Source of the DNA: a virus
Virus record (IMG/VR): IMGVR_UViG_3300035698_018106
Coordinates: 1-38,716 of that record
Strand: one strand, 5' to 3'
DNA length: 38,716 nt
In this document: piece by piece, positions 9,601 through 18,269 of the stretch
Layout: the number at the start of each line of letters is the position of its first letter
How positions within the stretch are numbered: position 1 is the first letter of the stretch
Program-made: the position numbers and the translations under genes
Notes under the pieces: generated by a model
The model's input: the letters and a program-made list of their open reading frames with translations, nothing else
Told to the model about the DNA's origin: nothing
Databases searched by the model: none

Positions 9601-12303
9601 AATAATCCAGGATTTGGAGGTATAGGTGCTAGCACTAAATACTCTTTAAATGTATTAATTGATGCAAGTTACATGTCATTTAACGGCGATGGTGTTAAAG
9701 GAATGTATATACTTGATCAATTCTTCAAAAGAGGCTTGGTAAATGATCAAGATTATTCTGATAATTTTGTTGATGAATCTCTTGTTACTAAACGTTGGGT
9801 AGATGCTTCTTTAGCAACTATTGATACTGGTTTAGCTTCTAAGCTTAATTTATCTGGTGGTTTAATGACTGGATTACTTCAATTAGGATCTGCTGGATTC
9901 TCTTTAGATGGTCAAACAATTACAGATGTTGCTGTAAAAGGCGGTGCCTTAACAGATAATGATACTACAATTGCTACAAGTGGATTAATCAATGAAGCAA
10001 TTAGTGCTGCTATTGGTGCAGGTGTTGCAGCATGGAATGGTTTAACTGAATCAGTTGATGGTTCAATTGGATTAGGTGGAACTTTAACTCATGATACTTC
10101 TATATCACTTAATGGAAATGATTTAACTATAAATCAAACTATTTTTAGTGATAGTGTAGTTACATTATCAATTCCAACTTTAGGAACTGTTGCTCAAGAT
10201 GATATTACTAATTTTATAGACATAAATGCTAATGGAATATCTATTAATGCTACAGATGATACTGAGAATAATTATGCTGGATTAGATGCTTATAGTACCG
10301 GTGAACTTTTTATTGGATTTTCTAATGCAGCCACTATTGTAGATGCATCTACAAATCCTCAAGGTTTAACTTATGATGATAATTATGCATCTACTTTTGT
10401 AGAAAGATCTCTTGTTGATAAAGGATTTGTTACATCTTATGTTGACGGTTCAATAAGTTCAGTTAATGAAAGTATTACAATTTTAGATGCTTCTATTGAA
10501 AGAATTGATATCGAACTTAATCAAATAGATAGTTCAATACAAGATATTAACACTGAGTTTATCAGAGTTGATGGTTCAATCACTGCTTTATTTAATCAAA
10601 ATGATGTTCAAGATTTACATCTTTCTGCTGTTGATGCTTCAATAGTGAGATTAGATTCTTCAATGAATTCTACTATTATAGCTCTTGACTCTTTCTATTC
10701 TAAAACATATATTGATGGTTCATTAGGATTAAGAGATACTTCTATTAATAATTTATCTCAATACAATGTTATACAAGATGCTTCTATTCTTGCTGCAGGC
10801 TCATCTACTACTGGATGGAATGGTATTACAAGAACTGATAATTCTATTGGTTTAGGAGGTTCATTAGATATTCCTGTTACTACTATTACTACTAATGGTG
10901 CTACTAACTCATTAAGAATTGCTGGTTTAGCTACTTCTTCTGATAACAATCCTTACGCTGTTGTAATGGATACATCAGGTGATGATCTTAAGATTAGAGA
11001 ACTTGGTACGTTAGCATGGGAATCAAAAACTAGTTTAGATGCTTCTATCGCACAATTAGATGCTTCAGTTGTAGATCTTTGGTCTTATAATGTTGTTCAA
11101 GATGCTTCAATTACTGCATTAGAAAACATCCAAGGCAATTATGTTGCTAAAGCTGGTGATTTAATGACTGGACCACTTCAAGTTGGTACAAATGGATCTC
11201 AAGCCGATGTTTCTATTTATGGTGGATTATATGTTCATAATTCTTTAACTGTTTCAGGTGATCTTATAATTGATGGATCATTATTCGTAAGAGATGTAGA
11301 AACAATTGATGTATCTGCTGGATTTATTACTCTTAATACAGGACAAACAGGAACACCACCTGCCAATATGCAATCTGGTATTGTAGTTGATAGAGGTGAT
11401 GAACTTCCTTATGTATTCATATATGATGAATCTAATCAAACCTTTAGAATTGGTATTGCTCCGGCTCAAACAGGACCTTCATTCGATGATGCATCAACAC
11501 AATCTGTTGCAACTAGAGAAGATGCTCCGAATTTATGGGGAATTGGATTCTGGAATAATAATCAAGACAGAATTGATACATCTTCAGGATTTACATTCGA
11601 ACCTGGTGTTGGATTAGGATTACCTATTGCAACTGATATGTCATCTGAAGCTACAGCTTTAGTATGGAATGGAACAACTGTAGGTTCAAGAGAACTTGGA
11701 ACTAATGCGTTTAATTCAGAACAATTTGCTACTCAAACTTATGTTGATACAGAACTTGATATAGTTGATGCATCTATTGATGCGTTAAGACAAGATAATC
11801 TTTCACAAGATTCTTCTATTACAAATCTTGTTTCCGATATCGCTAGAATTGATGCTTATGATGCTGTTCAAGATACTTCAATATCAACATTAGAAACTTC
11901 TATAACTGATTTATCAACCGGTAAATTAGATGCTGTTCAAACTGCTGGTGGTGGATCATATCAGATCGTATCTACAGAAGCTGATAATGTTGCATATATT
12001 AAAGAAATTGTCGCCGGTACAGGTGCTACGATTTCCCAAGATGCTTCAACAATAACAATTGGTGTTACAGGTGCGGCTGGATATGTAAGTAAATATGGCG
12101 GAACATTTAGTTCTGATGGATCTACTTCAATGGCTATAACATCTGCTACTCACAGTTTAGGAACTGGACCATTTAATATCTCCGTTTACGAAGGTAATGA
12201 ACAGGTTTATGTTGGTGTTGTTAATGCTGCCAATGGAGATGTTACTCTTGATTGGACTAGTGGAGCACTTTCAGGTATATGTAAATATATTATTGCAGGT
12301 TAA
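6637..12303 (+). CDS. giant long tail-fibre-like protein with D-x-S heptad segments and repeated modules
   Basis: 1888 aa. Four WNG(L/I)T...D(N/G)SIGLGG.L repeats, two GDL..DGS...VDRGD...FR.GI...ATRED modules, heptad segments, and a C-terminal ITSATHSLG domain. Confidence 0.75.
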   Translation: MAKYVQPIFDVYGVADFYNQVTFDASIFLQGATHISSPVESTDNTPYTLLVESIGDDVVIKQRQLGTMAWENASAWDGSLGDINTDIGYLETSIGDLDTLTQTHDISIGSNTSLLSIHDTSIGNLFSTNLIQDASIQAVWDRWKETNRTGFVDNTQTIVSFAPGTPVGSGTFTITPTGTDWEYYRTGEKFTITGAKTVTLDGGGAAAKGEYYISIDSNDGTLLSSTSPWTGESNTVFVAKIIWDPTSTPTYWIAEERHTMTIDRKMHSYLHRTIGTQFVTGDGLTGPDVAGVGSNGIGLTDASNAFGVATTTIADEDLFQNLAELVRPTSPSNDYIVWYRTGGEWEWRYENTPLAESGSYIQYDDTSDLVTADPGKFVNTYLLFTNLNNSAVGDTARFSIVIGQGQYDTLDEAEAENLNDMNQDALPIGEWVAAYQFSWETSTGYTTSGKVALAATPKPIEISAVQSSSATTTSHNSLLGLQGGTTNERYHLNNAQFLDYIGKTDVDVSLGDVWSKLGNIDNSIAGLDTITQTNTTDINNVETSIGALDTLTKIHDISIGVNTSDIGNLETSVGALDASIQTLSTSISTNITNISTNATDITNLESSVGALDTLTQTHEASIGFLWTYDKVQDASIALAVAGTTTAWNGLTLSADNSIGLGGTLSEDTTIETGGYGFGITGSMSVFGDLTVDGSVTYLNTNNLDVSDNIITINTGMTGTPPVNMVSGMKVDRGDASAYYFLFSEATDTFRVGISGPEPGLPGDTQAVATREDTPNTNGVAFWDNVNNRFNTVSDFTFNESTGLSIADSITATGGMDLSGLSGDTQSTALMVTGGAGGTISTRALGTMAFETATNYTTHTYVNINFAQRDSSITVLYNENDVQDLHLSALDASVTNLWSYDAIQDASITAALNSGAEAWNGLTKVDNSIGLGGILNSDVSIAGSKTGRSFDITLADASDFADTNINLSVGNEFDYDGGLESNKASLTLNNNPGFGGIGASTKYSLNVLIDASYMSFNGDGVKGMYILDQFFKRGLVNDQDYSDNFVDESLVTKRWVDASLATIDTGLASKLNLSGGLMTGLLQLGSAGFSLDGQTITDVAVKGGALTDNDTTIATSGLINEAISAAIGAGVAAWNGLTESVDGSIGLGGTLTHDTSISLNGNDLTINQTIFSDSVVTLSIPTLGTVAQDDITNFIDINANGISINATDDTENNYAGLDAYSTGELFIGFSNAATIVDASTNPQGLTYDDNYASTFVERSLVDKGFVTSYVDGSISSVNESITILDASIERIDIELNQIDSSIQDINTEFIRVDGSITALFNQNDVQDLHLSAVDASIVRLDSSMNSTIIALDSFYSKTYIDGSLGLRDTSINNLSQYNVIQDASILAAGSSTTGWNGITRTDNSIGLGGSLDIPVTTITTNGATNSLRIAGLATSSDNNPYAVVMDTSGDDLKIRELGTLAWESKTSLDASIAQLDASVVDLWSYNVVQDASITALENIQGNYVAKAGDLMTGPLQVGTNGSQADVSIYGGLYVHNSLTVSGDLIIDGSLFVRDVETIDVSAGFITLNTGQTGTPPANMQSGIVVDRGDELPYVFIYDESNQTFRIGIAPAQTGPSFDDASTQSVATREDAPNLWGIGFWNNNQDRIDTSSGFTFEPGVGLGLPIATDMSSEATALVWNGTTVGSRELGTNAFNSEQFATQTYVDTELDIVDASIDALRQDNLSQDSSITNLVSDIARIDAYDAVQDTSISTLETSITDLSTGKLDAVQTAGGGSYQIVSTEADNVAYIKEIVAGTGATISQDASTITIGVTGAAGYVSKYGGTFSSDGSTSMAITSATHSLGTGPFNISVYEGNEQVYVGVVNAANGDVTLDWTSGALSGICKYIIAG

Positions 12304-12327
12304 GAAACATTTTACTCTTAATATCAT

Positions 12328-12368
12328 ATAAAAGGTTAGACATACGTATGTCTAACCTTTTATTTTTT
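12328..12368 (+). terminator. perfect 36-bp palindrome / bidirectional terminator
   Basis: ataaaaggttagacatac|gtatgtctaaccttttat at 12328-12363, followed by a T-run. Confidence 0.8.
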
Positions 12369-12372
12369 ACAT

Positions 12373-12381
12373 GAATAAATA
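12373..12381 (+). promoter_or_regulatory. putative late promoter GAATAAATA
   Basis: Same motif, just after the hairpin and about 20 nt before the ATG at 12402. Confidence 0.5.
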
Positions 12382-12401
12382 TTAAAAATATTATCTAACT
12401 T

Positions 12402-12794
12402 ATGAAATATGCTCAAGATGTTTCTATTTATGGCAATTTAAATGTCACCCAACATATTGTTGTTGGACCTTCAGATAAATCTGGTGATTCACTAAATTTA
12501 TCAAATGATTCTTCAATAAGTATTTCATTAATAGATACTAGTATTGCTATATCTACTGATGTAGAATATCAAGCTCAACGAAGTGTTTACATGAAAAAAG
12601 GATCAATACTTTTCATTTATGATACTTCAACATCAACTTTACATATGGATGATGCTGAATATTCTCAAATTTTAGATATTGGATTAACATTTGATGGAGA
12701 TGTATCAAATGGAATAATCCAATTAATCCCTATTACTTCTAATAATAGTATGGGAGATATAGATTTTAAATACGAATTAAAAATTTTAAAATAA
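12402..12794 (+). CDS. small virion protein, D-x-S rich
   Basis: 130 aa with six D-x-S motifs. Its DVSIYG segment also occurs in the 1888-aa protein. Confidence 0.6.
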   Translation: MKYAQDVSIYGNLNVTQHIVVGPSDKSGDSLNLSNDSSISISLIDTSIAISTDVEYQAQRSVYMKKGSILFIYDTSTSTLHMDDAEYSQILDIGLTFDGDVSNGIIQLIPITSNNSMGDIDFKYELKILK

Positions 12795-12803
12795 GACATA
12801 AAC

Positions 12804-13604
12804 ATGGCTGACAGAATTGCTAGATATATCGGAAACGATCTTACAGTAGAACATGATCTAATTATAAATGGAGAAGTTGCAGGTGGCTCATCTAGTAGTT
12901 CAAGTGGTAACTACAGTAATGCAAAAGATGACTTTAATGTATCCATAATTGTCGGAACTAAAACAATTACACTTTCTCAACTGCCATTTACAATCGATAT
13001 AAAAAATATCATCGGCGGCTCTGCTAAAGTTACAGGATTATCCGGAAATACTTACACTACAGAAATATTATCAGTGGACGCGATTGATTTAATTGGAGAT
13101 AATATTACATTTAACGGTTTTGCTCGTGATTTCTCTACTAATGATGAAGTTACCTTAACTTTATCAGGACCTGATAAATCATATGATCAAGATTTAAATA
13201 CTACATTAACACAAGAACAAAGTCCGATTTATTCATATTATTCTGATTCAGTTGTAATTGTATCTGATACTAATTTAGCTGTAAATAATTATTTTTCTTC
13301 TATTCCATGGGGAAATTATAATCATGGATATATATCACTTATTGCAACAGATCCATCTAATTGTACAGTTAAACTTTATGCTGAAATGGTACCTGATTCC
13401 GTAGTACCTGCAACTGGGGGTACTCCAGGAACAACATGGTTAGATATTACAAATGATGTGATAAGCGTTGATACAATTGATACATCAACTATTAAATTTA
13501 TGAGTATTTTTGATAGAAGTTTTAGACCAGATAATTTATTATTAGAATATGAATTTTCTGGTGCAGTTAATGCAATTGATGCATATGTTAAAAAATGGTA
13601 CTAA
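12804..13604 (+). CDS. hypothetical virion structural protein
   Basis: 266-aa beta-rich ORF, co-oriented and tightly packed with its neighbours. Confidence 0.55.
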   Translation: MADRIARYIGNDLTVEHDLIINGEVAGGSSSSSSGNYSNAKDDFNVSIIVGTKTITLSQLPFTIDIKNIIGGSAKVTGLSGNTYTTEILSVDAIDLIGDNITFNGFARDFSTNDEVTLTLSGPDKSYDQDLNTTLTQEQSPIYSYYSDSVVIVSDTNLAVNNYFSSIPWGNYNHGYISLIATDPSNCTVKLYAEMVPDSVVPATGGTPGTTWLDITNDVISVDTIDTSTIKFMSIFDRSFRPDNLLLEYEFSGAVNAIDAYVKKWY

Positions 13605-13618
13605 TATAATTATAAGAA

Positions 13619-14125
13619 ATGAGTTTATTCAACCTACTACAAATTAGTCAAATAGAAGAAGTTAATCAATTTAATGAAATATTATCTCTTAAAGTTATAG
13701 ATAAATATGCTCAAAGCAATAGTGCTCCAGATATTATATCATGGAAACATGAATTATTTATTGATGCAAATACTTTACGTTCTAGTATAACGGATTTAGA
13801 ACAAATAAAAAATTCTATAACATCTATAATGACAGGATTATCTATAGAAACTGAAGAAGAAAATCATTTTGATGACGAAGGTATTTTAATAATAGATCAA
13901 ATTAGTATTCCATATAGTGTTCCTACTAGCATTGATGGATTAAAAAATACATTATTTGAAATAATTAAAAGAGATTTTGATCTTAAAAAAAATATAGAAT
14001 ATACATTTACTGATGAATCTCTTAAATATGTGACTAATTATATTGTAGACAATTTTATTAAATATATTGATGGCTCAGGCGTGGCAGAATTTGGTAGATT
14101 TGTTTCCATTATTACTAATCAATAA
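13619..14125 (+). CDS. hypothetical protein
   Basis: 168-aa ORF with an A-rich leader. No recognisable motif. Confidence 0.55.
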   Translation: MSLFNLLQISQIEEVNQFNEILSLKVIDKYAQSNSAPDIISWKHELFIDANTLRSSITDLEQIKNSITSIMTGLSIETEEENHFDDEGILIIDQISIPYSVPTSIDGLKNTLFEIIKRDFDLKKNIEYTFTDESLKYVTNYIVDNFIKYIDGSGVAEFGRFVSIITNQ

Positions 14126-14138
14126 AATAATAAAATGA

Positions 14139-15997
14139 ATGGCAATAGAAAGTATATACCATATAGATAAAACAGTATCGTTTAGAGAAACTTTTAATAG
14201 TGAAGTTGCTGTTAGAAATAATGGTGGTGTACCTACTGATGGTGTTTTGTTTGAAAATGGTATTATCACTGTAGATTTAAAAAATAATAATATTGAATAT
14301 CCAGTAATTTTAAAAAATAGTACACCGGAATTTTCAATATTATTTAGATTTAGAATAAATAGTTTATCTCCTGATAGTAATATTTATTTTTATAATGATA
14401 GTGGTACTAATGGTATACTTATTTATATGGGTCGTGAAGATGGAAAAATACGTTCATATATAAAAGCAAATGTAACTACAACTACTAATAGATATGATGA
14501 TGGTTTATGGCATGATTATATAATGACATATAATGGTACATCTTTTTCAGTTTATATTGATGGTGTATTTACTTCATCAACATCATCATATATCAGTAAG
14601 TCTAATAATACGTTTGTATTATCTGGTATAGATAGTGTTAGCACAAATTATAGTTCTGGTTCAATGGATTCTTTTGATATTTATGATAGAGAATTAAATG
14701 CAACAGAAGTGCAATTACTTTATAGTAAATCATTATATGTTAAACCAAAGACTATATTAATAAAGGGTTACCTAGTTTTTATAGCGAAGATACAAAGGCT
14801 TATTTATCTTTAGATACATTTACAGATTATAAGATAGATAACTTTGAATTAATATTATCTGTACATTTTAAAAACGAGATAAGCGATATTCTTACAATGT
14901 ATTCAAATACAACTACTGGTAACGGGCAAGGTAAAGGTATTAGTTGTTTTTATAATGTATCACAATCTGAAATGAAGTGGGGTATTTTTAATAAAACAAT
15001 TGATGATGATGATGTAATACCAAATAAACTAACAACATATACATTAAAAGTGTATAATAGTAATATTTATTTATATAGAAGTGGTTTTGGTTTGATTAAT
15101 AACACAGTAACAATAGTAGACTGGAGTTCTACTGCAGGATTTTATTTAGGAGCTATTATACCAGAAGCTTTAAGCTTTAAAAGAGGTGATAAAAATATAA
15201 CAGACTTTAAATTTTACGAGTTAGATAGTTCTGGTAATAGAATACAAGAATTAATTAATTTAGATTTTGATCAAGAGATTGGAACAAATGTACCAAATAT
15301 TGCATTAGATGCACCTGTAAGTTCTGATGGATCAGTTATAGAAAACGGACAAACAACTGATTCTTATTGGCAGCAATATGATGGTTATGAAGAAGTATTA
15401 AAATTGACTGCTGAAAGGGGCGTTATTGAAAATAGAAAGAAAGGTGATTTTATAAATAATGGAGTAGATGTAATTAAAGCGGATAGCGTATTACCTGTCA
15501 TGAAATTTGAAAATGGAAATTATATATCTTTATCAGATATATCAAATATAAATATCAATAAAGCATTAGTTATTAATGTATGGGTACAGGCATTGTCTAC
15601 TGAAAATGGTATGATAATTTGTAAGAACCCTGTTAATACACAATGGCAATTAGCCTTTCAATCAGCAGGTCTTTATTATAAAGGCGGTGGGTCAACATCA
15701 GGTGTGGGCATATCAACTTATTTTTCAAGATTTTTATATAAATGGACCAATATTATACTCATACAACAAAATTCAAACGTATACATGTATATTAATGGTG
15801 TATTAGAAGCAACTAATGGAGTATATCCTAATTTTACTAATGATATAGGAGATATTACAATAGGAGTGTTTGGAACAAGTGGATACCCTTTACATGCTAA
15901 TGTTAATGATTTACAGATATTAAGTGGTATATCATCTGACCAAGAAAAGTATGCAGCACAATACTATAATAGTACAAAAAATAAATACGGATTATAA
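14139..15997 (+). pseudogene. LamG/concanavalin-A-like multi-domain protein split by a -1 frameshift near 14745-14750 (ORFs 14139..14813 and 14897..15997)
   Basis: LamG-like motifs in both parts (DDGLWHDYIMTYNGTSFSVYIDG; KWTNIILIQQNSNVYMYING). The downstream frame is open from 14744, giving about 619 aa when joined. Could be a pseudogene, a programmed shift or an assembly error. Confidence 0.6.
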
Positions 15998-17931
15998 TGA
16001 GTAAAGTAGTAGATTATAAATTTTATAATGGTACACTTATTGAAAAATATAGTGGTACACAATTAACACCATCTACAATAAGATTTAATAAGATAAATGG
16101 TATTAATGCATTTGATACTAATACTACTGTCCCAATAATACAGTCTGATGTATTACCTAACACATTTGCAGGTAAGTCATATGGTTCAATAATTATATGG
16201 CATAATGATGTATTAGGTCTTTTAAATTTTTCATTTAATGTAGATGGTTTTGGTATGTATTGTTTTGGTGGTGGAGGATTTTATTATAACATAAATGCAG
16301 GAACTTCTGGCGGTGGTGGAACTGGTCCATATGATAATACATCAGGAACTAAAAATTTAAATCAATTAGTACTAATATTTGACGGTACACAATTGGTACA
16401 TGATGATGCATTTTATGGATATATGAATCTAAAAGCATTATCTTGGAATCTTGATTGGAATGGTACATTGCCTCATGTATTACCAGGTGATAGTGGAGAT
16501 ATTCGATATTATGGAAAAGATAAAAATTTAATTAGAGTACAATATTTTGATCATTTATTGACACAGTCTGAAATTAATTCTGACTATGGAGATTTGAAAA
16601 GTGCTAAATTTTTATCATTCCCAATTAAATATGATTATTTTTCAAAAAAAGGGTTAAAACCACCAACACAATATGATGGAAGTTTGGTATCTGCAATCAA
16701 TCCCAATAGTTTACAAGGAAAAGATGTTATTGATTTGAGTAATACACAACCAACACTTTTAAACGGGAATAATGGTTTATCTACATTAAATAATTCTATA
16801 CTACATAACGCACCAAATGATACATATGGCACTATTAATAATATAGCTTATGCTGATATAAAAACAATTTCATTTAGATTTAAATATTTCGGAGGGACAA
16901 GACTAAAAATCATAGGTAGTGGTGCGTTTGGTGTAATGCCAGTGAATGTTAATTCAACAAGATCATATGTATTATTAACTAATAATACATATGTTATATG
17001 GAGTCAAGCAGCATTAATAATAGGTGAGGAATATACATATACTTATTATTGTATGGGGGATGATAAGGATAAAATGTCAGAATGGAGATGCTGGAAAAAT
17101 GGTATTGAGTTAACACAATTAGCAGCAGTTGAACAAAATGATACTACAGGGGCATTTATAGATGAAATAGGTGGATCAACATATAGTACAAACTCTGATC
17201 CTGTAGAAATAAAAGAAATATTAATTCACGATAGATTTCTATCAAATAAAGAAATAATTGATTATCATAATAAATGGTCTACAGTAACTTTAAAGGAAGA
17301 TTTTAGACAATATCCTATAGGTACACACCCACAGGAATGGAATAAATTAGTCACTAGTATAAATGGTGATATGACTGTTTATGAATCAGATGGTACAGAT
17401 GGACTTAATTTAGGTGAACGATATTTATCTCATGATGATGATTCTGCAATTTCAACTTCTAGTGACCAAGCTTATGGCACATGGATATTTGAAGGTGTAG
17501 GGAAAAGTGCTGCATCAACTGCATATTTTTTTATTAATAGTTTACAAAATAAAACAAGTGCAGGTGGAAGTCCACAAACTTATTCTTTTATAATAGCTAG
17601 TCAAGAAGCATTACAATTTAAAGCTCAATCCACAACACTTTTTTCTACTGGAAATGACTTTTTCGATAATTCAAAATTATATGATTTTAGAATTGAAAGA
17701 TTAAGTTCAACAGGTTATTTTAGTTTAATTAAAGACCAAACATATCCTGCTCATACTTTTGCAATATGGTATAAAGAACATGATACGAATGAATGGATTT
17801 TAATACCAGTAACTACTGGGACTAATCCAATTACTAATTCAACATATCAAACATCAAAATATTTAGTGATGGGTAGTTCAACAGATTGGTTTAGAATTTC
17901 AAAATTATTATTATCGAGTGGGATATATTAA
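15997..17931 (+). CDS. LamG/ConA-like lectin-domain virion protein
   Basis: 644 aa. Domain-ending motifs VQYFDHLLTQSEI and ILIHDRFLSNKEI. Translationally coupled (TAATG) to the previous gene. Confidence 0.6.
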   Translation: MSKVVDYKFYNGTLIEKYSGTQLTPSTIRFNKINGINAFDTNTTVPIIQSDVLPNTFAGKSYGSIIIWHNDVLGLLNFSFNVDGFGMYCFGGGGFYYNINAGTSGGGGTGPYDNTSGTKNLNQLVLIFDGTQLVHDDAFYGYMNLKALSWNLDWNGTLPHVLPGDSGDIRYYGKDKNLIRVQYFDHLLTQSEINSDYGDLKSAKFLSFPIKYDYFSKKGLKPPTQYDGSLVSAINPNSLQGKDVIDLSNTQPTLLNGNNGLSTLNNSILHNAPNDTYGTINNIAYADIKTISFRFKYFGGTRLKIIGSGAFGVMPVNVNSTRSYVLLTNNTYVIWSQAALIIGEEYTYTYYCMGDDKDKMSEWRCWKNGIELTQLAAVEQNDTTGAFIDEIGGSTYSTNSDPVEIKEILIHDRFLSNKEIIDYHNKWSTVTLKEDFRQYPIGTHPQEWNKLVTSINGDMTVYESDGTDGLNLGERYLSHDDDSAISTSSDQAYGTWIFEGVGKSAASTAYFFINSLQNKTSAGGSPQTYSFIIASQEALQFKAQSTTLFSTGNDFFDNSKLYDFRIERLSSTGYFSLIKDQTYPAHTFAIWYKEHDTNEWILIPVTTGTNPITNSTYQTSKYLVMGSSTDWFRISKLLLSSGIY

Positions 17932-18220
17932 TAAAAAAATATTATTAATAATATTGATATCATTAATGTCATCTCTAAGTTATGTACAAGATAGAGATAC
18001 TATATTGAGGTATGATAGTATATGTTTAAAATACGATACAACTATTTTAAACCTAAATTATATAAAACGTTTTAAAAATGATACCACAACTAAATTTATC
18101 AATTGGAATTACGGTTTTTATAAAATAGAGAAAATTGTATTACCAAAAGATTCCATTTATATAGGTGTTTATAAAAGTAAATATGATTTAGATAGTGTAT
18201 CTGTATATACTAAATACTAA
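17918..18220 (+). CDS. small secreted/membrane-anchored protein with Bacteroidota-type O-glycosylation sequons
   Basis: KKILLIILISLMSSLSYVQ signal-peptide-like N-terminus, then DTI, DSI, DTT, DTT, DSI, DSV. The GTG start is uncertain. Confidence 0.5.
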   Translation: MGYINKKILLIILISLMSSLSYVQDRDTILRYDSICLKYDTTILNLNYIKRFKNDTTTKFINWNYGFYKIEKIVLPKDSIYIGVYKSKYDLDSVSVYTKY

Positions 18221-18269
18221 TAAATAATAAGCTATTTTAATCCGTAAATATATAAAATAAAACATATTT

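Noticed and set aside
6637-12303. D-x-S enrichment explained as a DNA-level motif such as GATGC
   Set aside because: The middle residue and Ser codon vary (tct, tca, agt, agc) and the motif is frame-locked and gene-specific, so the constraint appears to be at the protein level.
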